Positions 9,129 to 18,176 of a stretch of 45,434 bases of DNA are shown here, in pieces. Each line of letters starts with the position of its first letter. The stretch's first letter is position 1. Origin of the DNA: Promethearchaeota archaeon (GTDB taxonomy: Archaea; Asgardarchaeota; Hermodarchaeia; Hermodarchaeales; Hermodarchaeaceae). The stretch is taken from positions 1 through 45,434 of the forward strand of contig JBHLMG010000019.1 of NCBI GenBank assembly GCA_048938385.1, written 5' to 3'. A model generated the notes under the pieces. That model was given only the letters and a program-made list of their open reading frames with translations, was not told the DNA's origin and did not search any database. Both the position numbers and the translations under genes were made by a program.

Positions 9129-11531
9129 TTATTCTTCACCGAGAAGTCGTGCCATGAACTCTGGTACGACGGCTTTACGTTCAAGTGTACGAAGGTGTTC
9201 ACGAAGTTGAGGCATAATTGACTGCCACTCCGGGTATATCCTGGCCTTGAATGCTTCGAGGGTTGGAGGTTCTGCGGCAATGTCACGGCCTTCTTCTATC
9301 TTACGCTTACGAATGCCCAAGATGGTTTCGTATTCAAGGTTCTTGGGGAGGACCTGGAATTTCTCAAACTGGTAACCAAAGATTGCCCGCCCAGAGGTGG
9401 CGCTACGGAGTTCGTCAGCAATGCCGCGTGAAGCCTCTGAAGCGGGGAGTTCACCACTTAGGAAAGCATTACCTCCCTTGGTTTCGGTGCCAGTGATTTT
9501 ACCGCGATGTTGGGTGACATAGCTAATTACACTGCCCATAGTATCTTCCGGAGTCTTTACATCGATTCGAAGGACGGGTTCGTAAAGGCCTGGATTAGCG
9601 CTCAGAAAGCTAATGTTGAGGGCTGAGGCTGTCATGATCATGATCTGTCCGCCTTTCGTGTGGGCGGGATCTTCGTGTACAGTAGCATCATACATACTGA
9701 CCTTCATTGCCATAATAGGTTCTCGAGCTAGCACGCTAGCATCGCAGAAATCTCGGAATGCTTGAATGACATAGGGTTTGATTCGGTCCAAGCGTTGGAC
9801 ACCACGCGAGAGATTCATTAGTATATTCGAACCTTCAATTGCCCAGATATTCCGTCCTTCTTTACGGTCCCAGCTGGCTTCTTCAGCTAGGATTTTGGCT
9901 TGGTCACGTTCGTCCATATATTCGTCAATTTTACCTTCACGTAGTAGTTGGACGACTTCGGGTTGAAGAGGTTCTATGAGAAGTTCTATCCGGTTTAAGG
10001 ATTCAGGGCATTTGGTGCGGATGCGAAAACCTTCAGACATTGGTGACTCGTGGTATACAGTGATTGGAATACCGATTTTGATGTTGATTTCTTCGGCAAT
10101 TCGTTTGGTGAGAATTTCAATTTGTAGTGGGTCGATTCCGCTGAGAATGAATTCACCACTATCTTCGTCTTTTCGGAATACAGCAGTGGGGTCTGCCAGT
10201 ACCCATTTACGTACGACATCACCGAGTTTGGAAAGATCTTGGGGGTTTTCAGGCTTTATGCTTCGACTGACAACGGGATCCGAAACATAGCGGATTTTTT
10301 CAAAGGGTGGAAAATCTTTGTTCTCTATGTGGACAAAAGTTTCCCCGGCGGGTTGAATTTCGGGGAGTTCCAAAGCGAAGAGGTTACCTGCTGGTACAAC
10401 TCCAACTGGCAGGAGGCTATCTAGTTCTTGAACGCCTAGTCGTCGAATGCGGAGGCTACGCCGTGCATTGAGTAGATAGATTTCATCGCCCTCTTTGAGA
10501 GTTCCACTGAATACACGACCAATTAGAGTAGGTCGTTTAGTTCGAGGATGAATGAAAATCTTAGTGATCATTCCAACTAGCGGAGCATCTCTATCTACAT
10601 GTAGCATACCATATGCCGCTTGTTTTATAGGATCTTCTCCGACATCTGAAATGTTCTTTGCTGCTTTAACTTCGCTGATTCTATCGCCCCAAAGCCGTTT
10701 CATTCGATAAGGTGCGGCTTCATCGGGGCTTGGTAAGTGTGTAATAATCACTTCAAGAAGGGCATCATCCAGCGGGAAGTTTTCTCGCAGCCATTTAATT
10801 GGCTCATCAGTGTCTTTACGAACGGCTTCATCGTATTTTTCAATAATGAAGCGGGCATTTTCTACGCCTTTGGCCTGAAGCATCGGAATAGTGAAAGCCC
10901 AGCCATCCTTTGCGGAACCAAAAATTACTCGTCCATCACCAGGGTTTACTTGCCAACTTTTTTTGAATTCTTTTGGAGCTACAGCTTCGATTTGCTCATT
11001 TACCTCTTTGATAATTTGTCCAAATCGTTCGATTATCTTGTCTGGTTTGAGTTTGAGTTCTTTGGTAAGTCGATCAACTTTATTGATGAAAAGGACCGGT
11101 TTGGTCCATTCGTTACCTACCGCAAGGTGAATGTTTGTTACGGTTTGGGTCATGACGCCTTCAAGGGCATCGACAAGGAGTACTGCACCGTCACTTCCTC
11201 GAAGAGCTCGACTCACTTCACCTGTGAAGCTGATGTGACCTGGTGTGTCGTTCAATTCTAGGAGGTAATCTTTGTCATTGAACTTGTAGTTGAGGAGCGC
11301 AACGCTCGTGAAGATAGTGATGCCTCGGGCTTGCTCTTCCTCATCTGTATCAGTTTTACGAGCTTGCCCAGCATAACTATCGCTGAGTAGGCCCGCACGG
11401 CGCATTAGATAATCACAGGCTGTACTTTTTCCGTGATCAATGTGTGCAGTTATGCTGAATATGCGTCGTAAGTGCATTGGGTGCTCTTGAACCATGCGTT
11501 GTATTTCTTCAGGGCTTTTAACGCGTACCAT
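9129..11531 (-). CDS. fusA: Translation elongation factor 2 paralogue (aEF-2p-like)
   Basis: G1 AHIDHGKS, RGITI, DTPGH, NKVD, FGSAK; domains II-V recognisable (GRVFSG, LRSATSGRA). The diphthamide loop reads HEDPAHTKGGQ. No flanking rpsL/rpsG genes. Confidence 0.93.
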   Translation of the reverse strand: MVRVKSPEEIQRMVQEHPMHLRRIFSITAHIDHGKSTACDYLMRRAGLLSDSYAGQARKTDTDEEEQARGITIFTSVALLNYKFNDKDYLLELNDTPGHISFTGEVSRALRGSDGAVLLVDALEGVMTQTVTNIHLAVGNEWTKPVLFINKVDRLTKELKLKPDKIIERFGQIIKEVNEQIEAVAPKEFKKSWQVNPGDGRVIFGSAKDGWAFTIPMLQAKGVENARFIIEKYDEAVRKDTDEPIKWLRENFPLDDALLEVIITHLPSPDEAAPYRMKRLWGDRISEVKAAKNISDVGEDPIKQAAYGMLHVDRDAPLVGMITKIFIHPRTKRPTLIGRVFSGTLKEGDEIYLLNARRSLRIRRLGVQELDSLLPVGVVPAGNLFALELPEIQPAGETFVHIENKDFPPFEKIRYVSDPVVSRSIKPENPQDLSKLGDVVRKWVLADPTAVFRKDEDSGEFILSGIDPLQIEILTKRIAEEINIKIGIPITVYHESPMSEGFRIRTKCPESLNRIELLIEPLQPEVVQLLREGKIDEYMDERDQAKILAEEASWDRKEGRNIWAIEGSNILMNLSRGVQRLDRIKPYVIQAFRDFCDASVLAREPIMAMKVSMYDATVHEDPAHTKGGQIMIMTASALNISFLSANPGLYEPVLRIDVKTPEDTMGSVISYVTQHRGKITGTETKGGNAFLSGELPASEASRGIADELRSATSGRAIFGYQFEKFQVLPKNLEYETILGIRKRKIEEGRDIAAEPPTLEAFKARIYPEWQSIMPQLREHLRTLERKAVVPEFMARLLGEE

Positions 11532-11722
11532 CGGGGTTCATTCCTTTAGTGTTGAATTATAATGCATTCTCAATCAGTTGTTATGGCAAAAGCCTGTAAG
11601 ACCGCATTCGCGGGTACAGTAGTCTCTCGCTCTCAGGGCAAGCAGAACTTAAGATTGCCCTAAAAGATTTGCGGTGGACCCACCTGAGAAAATAAATCTT
11701 CACTAAGTTTGTGGGCGAGGTG

Positions 11723-13048
11723 CTAGTCCTGCTTGAATGGATTTAAACCAATTCCTCTCAAGGCTATTTCGCCCATTGTTGTTAGTTCGTACTCGACACC
11801 TTCCGGTGTCATTCGTGCAACGATCCAGCCTCTAGCAATACAGTGAGTGATGAATTCTTGTCCGAGTGCATCTAAGTTAATTGCTTCCTTTTTTGTCTTA
11901 GTGGGCTGACTGGCAAGTGTTTGAGGTTCTAGGTCAGAAATAATCGAAGAACCAATATCTTGGGGTTTATACCAGGTTATTTCGGAAATTCGCTGTTGGA
12001 AGGAGGTAGGAGTGTGTTTCCATAGTGCAGCTTGTAAGCGTTGTTCAGCGGCGAGTTGAACATTGGCGTCGATGAAAAAATTAAAATCGTGTTGACCTTT
12101 GAGGATGGGGGAAATATCTAAGCGAGAAAGCTGATTGTCTTTAAGATTCAAGGACCTTAACTGGCTAGCGTGCCAAAGGGGGCTGAGTTCAAGCGTGGTA
12201 AGTTGGTTTCCAGCTAACCATAAAGTTTCAAGTTCTCGGCAGTGCCAGAGTGGCTTCAAGTCCACATTAGTTATTCGGTTTTTGCTAAGGTCTAGTTCTT
12301 GTAGTGCTTGGCAATGGTATAGTGGCCGTAGATCTAAATTTTGGATTCGGTTTCCTTGTAGATTTAGCGTGCGAAGGTTATGGCATTTCCATAAGGGTGA
12401 GAGGTCAAGGGCTTCTAGATAGTTGTTAGAGAGATCTAGATCTTGAAGCTTGGTGCAGTAAAAGAGGGCAGTGAGATCGAGTTTGATAAATTGGTTTTCA
12501 GCTAAATCTAGTTCTTGAAGATTAACGCAGTGCCAAAGAGGTCGAAGATCCAGTTTTGCGAGATTGTTGTAGGATATATCAAGGCGTTTTAGCCCGGTAC
12601 AGTGCATAAGGGGTGTCAGATCTAGGGATTCCAGTTGGTTTTGGTGTAACTCTAAAATGGTTAAATTGGTACACTTTTTGAGGGGGGATAGGTCCAAAAC
12701 AGTAAGGGTGTTCTCACTGATGTAGAGCTCCTGCAGATTCGGGCAATACTGAAGGGGCTGTAGGTCGATGCGTTTAAGATGATTGTAATAGAGGTTAAGA
12801 ACTTCTAGACTGGGTGCCTGTTGAAGGGGTGTAAGATCAATTGAAGCGATTTCTAGTTCTGTCAAATCAAGTGTGCGCTGCATTTTAGAAACTTCGACAT
12901 CAACAGTTTCGCCAGATTGATTGAGGTATTGAAGGCAAATCATTGGCATCAAAGCATTAACGAGTCTTCGCCTTCGTAGAGTTTTGTAATTTAAAGGATT
13001 ATCGGTACTTCTTTCAGGCAATTCTTCTACGAACTTGAAGAGTGACAT
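11723..13048 (-). CDS. Leucine-rich repeat protein (~11 x 22-aa LRR) with a C-terminal winged-helix-like tail
   Basis: Repeated LDL.PL..C..L..L.L..N.L units; C-terminus ...RGWIVARMTPEGVEYELTTMGEIAL. Confidence 0.9.
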   Translation of the reverse strand: MSLFKFVEELPERSTDNPLNYKTLRRRRLVNALMPMICLQYLNQSGETVDVEVSKMQRTLDLTELEIASIDLTPLQQAPSLEVLNLYYNHLKRIDLQPLQYCPNLQELYISENTLTVLDLSPLKKCTNLTILELHQNQLESLDLTPLMHCTGLKRLDISYNNLAKLDLRPLWHCVNLQELDLAENQFIKLDLTALFYCTKLQDLDLSNNYLEALDLSPLWKCHNLRTLNLQGNRIQNLDLRPLYHCQALQELDLSKNRITNVDLKPLWHCRELETLWLAGNQLTTLELSPLWHASQLRSLNLKDNQLSRLDISPILKGQHDFNFFIDANVQLAAEQRLQAALWKHTPTSFQQRISEITWYKPQDIGSSIISDLEPQTLASQPTKTKKEAINLDALGQEFITHCIARGWIVARMTPEGVEYELTTMGEIALRGIGLNPFKQD

Positions 13049-13128
13049 AATATCAGAAAAAAGTAAAATCTTTAAAGTGGTCCAATAAGGACATAGACAT
13101 CATTCACTTAATGGGATGTTCGAACCCA

Positions 13129-13347
13129 ATGACTGTGAAAACTTACAAGAACGAAGAAGGCGATTTCACTCTCGAGATCGATTACGAAAAATGTACGGGT
13201 GCAGCCGTCTGCAAAGATGTATGTCCATCGGATGTATTTGAAATTGTGGATGGAAAAGCCACAGCACCTAACATTGATGCATGTGTGGAGTGCTGTGCGT
13301 GTGTACAGAACTGCCCTGAAAGTGCCATCACGCATTCTAGTTGCTAG
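13129..13347 (+). CDS. Dicluster-type ferredoxin
   Basis: CTGAAVCKDVCP and CVECCACVQNCP motifs. Alternative start at 13111. Confidence 0.9.
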   Translation: MTVKTYKNEEGDFTLEIDYEKCTGAAVCKDVCPSDVFEIVDGKATAPNIDACVECCACVQNCPESAITHSSC

Positions 13348-13558
13348 TCTTGAATTGCTATTAGACAAGTCATCAAGACATTGCATCATTGGAGGTTAGA
13401 TTTAGCTTCAAAGCCTAAGTCTCATAATAGGAAGAATCGTTGTTTGCACTCTTCTAAATTCTACATTGAAAGATATGAATCGCTACAAAATACTATAAAG
13501 GGAACAGCTCCTGTTCTATATTCGCTTCCTAGACACGATATTAGCCACGAGGGATTCA

Positions 13559-14857
13559 ATGTTTTCCAAGAGAGGCAAAAAATCAAAGAAATCAAAGAAA
13601 GAGGGAGCAAAGCCTGAAACAACGGTCCCTGAAACTCCAGAAGAGTACGCTCGAGAAATTCTTCAAGAATCCAGCGAATTAGCTCAAAAGTTAGATAAAG
13701 AAGATCAGGAACTCGCAAAGGCAGATATTTGCTCTGCTCATGCCTCAATGGAGCTTTGTGATGAAGCCCTCATTTTAGCAAAGGCAGTGCGACCGGGAAA
13801 TCCTCGCTGGCGGGCACTGACCATAGTCGGTAAATCCCTTGGACGATGTTGGGATTTCAAAGAAGCAGTTAATATTACATCTGAATTCAAGGACAAAGAA
13901 GACCAGGATTACCTCCTCGATGGTATTGCACGATCCCTGGCCCAGCTAGGGAAAGTCGATGAGGCATTAGAAGTTGTAAGTAAAATTGACAGTAAGACTC
14001 GTCGTCTTCAATCCCAAGCAGCAGTTGCTGAAATCTTGGCGATAAAAGGCTATGTAACCGCTGCAGCAGAGGTTGCTGAAAAGTTGGATGATCCTGAAAA
14101 GGCAGGACGCGTCTTAAGTAGCGCTATTGTGACCCTGGCTCGTGAAAACCGGATTACTGATGCATTAAACCTATTGGATAAAATTGAAGATGAAGGGTGG
14201 AGACCTGAAGCCTTAGGTGAAGTATGTGCTAGCCTAGTCCGAATGCGGGATCTCCCCAAAGCCTTAGGGATGTTTGGTGAAGTAACTGATGAAGATCATC
14301 AGACCGTGATTCTTGCTCCTTTCATTGGAGCTCTCGTTGATGCCGGAAAAGAGTCTACGGCCTTGGCCCTTATCGGGAACATTGAAAACCCCTATGCTCG
14401 GGCGATTCTTGTGGCGAAGGTTGTTGGTGAACTCGTAGAGACTAATGAAATTAAGAAGGCAATTTCTGTTACGGAGAGAATGGATGATGATATTCCACCA
14501 GACGCCTTGATTGAAGTTGCCCGAGGATTTGCGGAATTAGGAGAAGTGAAACACGCTCTTCAGATGGCAAAGCGTTTGGAAGTCAAAGGGTCACGAATAG
14601 CTGCAATTACACTAATTGCTCGAGTGCTCACAAAGGCTGAAAGATTTAACGATGCATTAATCGTAACAAAGGAATTGGAGCGTCAAAAAGCGCGTAGTGT
14701 TGAGCAGTTAGAGATTGTGAAGGCTATGGCGGCTAATGGCAACGCAGAGGAAGCACGCATAATTTCAAAAGCGATCGAGAGTGAGCTATATCGGGTTTTT
14801 GGTTTAAATCGAGTTGCAGTTGCACTAACTGGTCATGTTTTTGAAGAATATGTATAA
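13559..14857 (+). CDS. Alpha-helical (TPR-like) repeat protein with a lysine-rich N-terminus
   Basis: Recurring ~37-40-aa units (L..IA..LA..G...EAL.....I); N-terminus MFSKRGKKSKKSKK. Confidence 0.8.
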   Translation: MFSKRGKKSKKSKKEGAKPETTVPETPEEYAREILQESSELAQKLDKEDQELAKADICSAHASMELCDEALILAKAVRPGNPRWRALTIVGKSLGRCWDFKEAVNITSEFKDKEDQDYLLDGIARSLAQLGKVDEALEVVSKIDSKTRRLQSQAAVAEILAIKGYVTAAAEVAEKLDDPEKAGRVLSSAIVTLARENRITDALNLLDKIEDEGWRPEALGEVCASLVRMRDLPKALGMFGEVTDEDHQTVILAPFIGALVDAGKESTALALIGNIENPYARAILVAKVVGELVETNEIKKAISVTERMDDDIPPDALIEVARGFAELGEVKHALQMAKRLEVKGSRIAAITLIARVLTKAERFNDALIVTKELERQKARSVEQLEIVKAMAANGNAEEARIISKAIESELYRVFGLNRVAVALTGHVFEEYV

Positions 14858-14870
14858 CTGGTAAATGTTA

Positions 14871-16124
14871 CTATCCCTCGACTTGCATTTCATTTTGTGT
14901 TCTTTTTTTCTTGAGCTGATAGTGCAGTTGATTGCGTAGTTGTATTAGAGCGTTCAACCATTGGGGTTCGTAGCGATTCCAGATCATTAGCCGCTTTTGG
15001 TAAATTTCTTCATATAACTTGATTGAAGGACTTTGCAAAAAGTTACCAAGCTCACCAAGAGTTGTTTTGACGCTAGGGATTTGGGGAAGTAAACGATTTT
15101 CCAAATCCTCAAGAAGAGCAAGGCTATGCGTAACACCGATTAAGAGCTGATGTGGATCTAACTGGTTGGGAATAATATGGACTATCTGCTCAGGAGAAGC
15201 TTCTATGAATGTGATCCACCATGATTCAGCTCTTCCTTCGTAAGTAAGCATCATTCGTATGATAGAAAGTTCAGCTTGGCGTACAAAATAATCTGCTAAA
15301 TTCCGCGCGTTTATGAAACCTTCAAAAGCTTTGGTGAGTTCAATCATAGTATTGACTACAGTCCGGGTATTTTCAATGAATGTAGACATAGCTTCTGGGG
15401 AATCGAGTTCTGGATCATCAAGCCGTAACATTTGACGCCATCCCCCAAAAATATGAAGGAGCTTTGAGAGGTTACGGAGGAAGTCCTCGTGACCTGGAGC
15501 GTTATAAGTAGCTGCGATTAACTGCTGCATTTGGTTGAGCAGTTCAGGATATTTAACATCCTTTAATCGATCTAATCTATCTTCCACAATCTGAAGAACA
15601 GGGCTTTGTAATTCCTGAATAAAAGAGTGCAAAGCGACTAATTGATCAAGAAGTTTGCGAGTTTCTGTAATTAACTCTAAGAAATCTGAGGTACCGTTGT
15701 TGACAATTAGACGAACATATCCTTTGTCTAATTTGTGACTTCGTAACTCTTCTAAAACTAAATCAGGTCCCTTTGTGAGTTTCTGGATGTTTTGTTCAGT
15801 GAACTCAAGGTTCTCCATGAGGTCTAAGAACCAAGTCCTCCAGTTCTCAAGGTTAGTCATGGTTTGTCCAATTACATTTAGGCAAGAAAATAATTCGTTG
15901 AGCCATTCTTTTTCTGTACGAGCTAATCTGACTATAAGGGGTTCTTGACTGGAGCTAATAGGTGATTGAGGAAAAAAAGCTTCCATCTTACCGATAATCG
16001 CAGGGCTGTAAAGTTTGGAGTGAAATTCTTTCACAACTAGCAAGTACTTGATGAGTGCTGTGCGAACGCCAGCTTCTTCGCTTGGTATTTCCACATGTAT
16101 TCCCCGCTGGAAATGGCTCACCAA
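14871..16124 (-). CDS. Hypothetical alpha-helical/coiled-coil protein
   Basis: 417-aa ORF rich in L/E/Q with amphipathic helices; no recognisable motif. Confidence 0.75.
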   Translation of the reverse strand: MVSHFQRGIHVEIPSEEAGVRTALIKYLLVVKEFHSKLYSPAIIGKMEAFFPQSPISSSQEPLIVRLARTEKEWLNELFSCLNVIGQTMTNLENWRTWFLDLMENLEFTEQNIQKLTKGPDLVLEELRSHKLDKGYVRLIVNNGTSDFLELITETRKLLDQLVALHSFIQELQSPVLQIVEDRLDRLKDVKYPELLNQMQQLIAATYNAPGHEDFLRNLSKLLHIFGGWRQMLRLDDPELDSPEAMSTFIENTRTVVNTMIELTKAFEGFINARNLADYFVRQAELSIIRMMLTYEGRAESWWITFIEASPEQIVHIIPNQLDPHQLLIGVTHSLALLEDLENRLLPQIPSVKTTLGELGNFLQSPSIKLYEEIYQKRLMIWNRYEPQWLNALIQLRNQLHYQLKKKRTQNEMQVEG

Positions 16125-16302
16125 TACATGCTTACACCTGAATAAGACTGTTTCTTCTTACTTCGACGAAATTCAGGTTTTTCTGGTTTTCATTATTTTC
16201 AAATTACAATGCGCAGATGCTAATTTTGTATTCTTACTGTTCGGGATAATTAAGTATGGTACATGAGGATACTTACAGACAACAATGTGTCTGTTAGAAA
16301 AT

Positions 16303-16887
16303 CTACATGTTAGATAGAGATTCCTTAAGGATATCTGTAACAAGGTTCTGGAGTGCTTGTTCGAACAGAGGATCGGATTCCATCCCCACTTCGAAATAGG
16401 GGGCTTTGAGGTGCTTTGCAAGTTCCTTGGCCTCATATTTTGTCACTTTACGGCGTTTTCTAGTTTCACGCCGAGTACCCACTAAAATTGCTGGAACATT
16501 TCCAATTACCTGACGAACCTCTTCGACCCAGTTAGGAATGTTGTCAAAGCTACTTCGATCTGAAAGGCTGAATACATAGATAACGGCAGCTCCTCCACGG
16601 TAAAGCTTCTGGCGTAATTCTTTGAAGCGTTCAGCATGCGTTAGGTTCCATATTTGGAGTTGGACACGGTCAGGATCCAGATGAAATCGTTTGGTGCCAA
16701 AGGAGCTTCCTAGTTTCGTTCGAAAACCGTCGATGTAAACTCCATCAGATATACTACACATCAAATCAGTTTTTCCTGCCCCTTCATCACCAACAAAAAG
16801 CACCTTTAATGCCCACTTTGCACTAGATGGGTGCGTGGGGACCAAAGGTTTTAACCGCTCCATAATGTGAACACTCCATTGATGCAT
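16303..16887 (-). CDS. Rab/Ras-like small GTPase with degenerate G2-G5 motifs
   Basis: KVLFVGDEGAGKT P-loop; Rab-like scaffold LQIW....ERF..L...YRG.....VF...DRSSF.N...W; G3 is NLTH and G4 is TRRE. Confidence 0.85.
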   Translation of the reverse strand: MHQWSVHIMERLKPLVPTHPSSAKWALKVLFVGDEGAGKTDLMCSISDGVYIDGFRTKLGSSFGTKRFHLDPDRVQLQIWNLTHAERFKELRQKLYRGGAAVIYVFSLSDRSSFDNIPNWVEEVRQVIGNVPAILVGTRRETRKRRKVTKYEAKELAKHLKAPYFEVGMESDPLFEQALQNLVTDILKESLSNM

Positions 16888-16985
16888 ACTGTTGATTCAG
16901 GGCTAAAGGGTTAGCGGGTAAAAAATGGAATAAATCTTTGGGTTTACTGATAGCACTTCAGTTCTACTACCTGGAAAACCATTAT

Positions 16986-17321
16986 TTACACTGCTTCGTA
17001 GCGATTAGGTTCAGTAAAGAAATCTACAGCTAGGGTAAAACTGTGGAAAGTGCCATGATGTGATACCTGTGAAGGGATATAGTAAGAATCTCCACCTGCT
17101 AGTTCATGGGGAGTATCACCTATTGTGAGGGTCACTGAGCCTTCAATGATGAAGCCAAATTGCGGGCCATGGCTATGCGGGGGAACACTACGACCTGCTT
17201 CAATTTCAAAGAAGACTATCTGAAAAGATTCTCCTTGAGCCAGCCATCCAGTGACACCCTCCAGATTGGTTTTGATTTTTGGTAAACTTTTGATGATTTC
17301 AGGGTAAGAACTTCGGTTCAT
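16986..17321 (-). CDS. Cupin domain protein
   Basis: PPHSHG.Q.G.IIEG and GDSYYIP..V.H cupin motifs. Confidence 0.88.
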   Translation of the reverse strand: MNRSSYPEIIKSLPKIKTNLEGVTGWLAQGESFQIVFFEIEAGRSVPPHSHGPQFGFIIEGSVTLTIGDTPHELAGGDSYYIPSQVSHHGTFHSFTLAVDFFTEPNRYEAV

Positions 17322-17400
17322 ATGATCACACCACTCGCTCTATTCTAGTAGGGGTTATCTTAGTTTTGTTACTTTTATTGCAGCTAGGAGTGAATTTGGT

Positions 17401-18090
17401 TTACTTGGTGGTTTCTAGGTCATGAAGTTTTTCTTTCAAGCCTGGGAGTTTTGGGTTGAGTTTCAAGGTGCGCTGGAAGCATTTGATTGCTTTACCTTTC
17501 CGTCCGGTTTTTTCAAATGTTAATCCTAGTTGGTAGCAGGCTTCTGCAAATTCTGGATCAATGATCAGTGCTTGTTCAAAGCTGCCGACTGCTTCATCTA
17601 AGCGACCTGAGGCTAACATTCGAAGGCCTTTATTAAACCAGGCAGTGGCAAACTCAGGGTTAAGGTGGATAGCTCGTTCGAAGCATTCTAAGGCTTCGCT
17701 ATGTCGTCCAAGCCGTGATAATTCCATACCAAAGTTGTTCCAAGCATCAGCCAGGGCAGGGTCTAAGTGTGTGGCGTTATTAAAGCAGTTTAAAGCCTCT
17801 TGTGATTTGCCGAGTCTGCTTAAGGCTTGCCCTTTACTATTCCAAGCACGAGCATAGTCTGGAGCTAGGGCAATGGCTTTATCGAAACTAGCAACGGCTG
17901 CTTGATATTTTCGAAGCTGGAAGAGTGCTACACCACGGTTGAACCATGCATTGATTCGATGTGGTTCTAATTCCAGAATTTGATCGAAACACTCAACAGC
18001 CGATGTGTACTTTCGTCTCCTAATATGGGCTACTCCTTGATGAAAAAGTTCGATTATCTGTGCTTGTTCAGGGGTTGCCCGGCTAGGCAA
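17401..18090 (-). CDS. Tetratricopeptide repeat protein (~6 TPR)
   Basis: Canonical 34-aa units AW.N.G..L..LG...EA...F..A..L.P. Confidence 0.92.
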   Translation of the reverse strand: MPSRATPEQAQIIELFHQGVAHIRRRKYTSAVECFDQILELEPHRINAWFNRGVALFQLRKYQAAVASFDKAIALAPDYARAWNSKGQALSRLGKSQEALNCFNNATHLDPALADAWNNFGMELSRLGRHSEALECFERAIHLNPEFATAWFNKGLRMLASGRLDEAVGSFEQALIIDPEFAEACYQLGLTFEKTGRKGKAIKCFQRTLKLNPKLPGLKEKLHDLETTK

Positions 18091-18176
18091 AAATAGCCCT
18101 CCCTATTGGAACTGCTATTCTGTATTTTAAGGCTAAAGGTCTTTGCATTTTCTAAGATTTATAATTTAGAATAATG

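Noticed and set aside
13129-13347. Selenocysteine recoding in the ferredoxin or elsewhere
   Set aside because: The missing Cys is encoded by GCA. The only other in-frame TGA I checked, the GNAT-OB stop, is followed by a second stop after 8 codons, and I recognised no SECIS.
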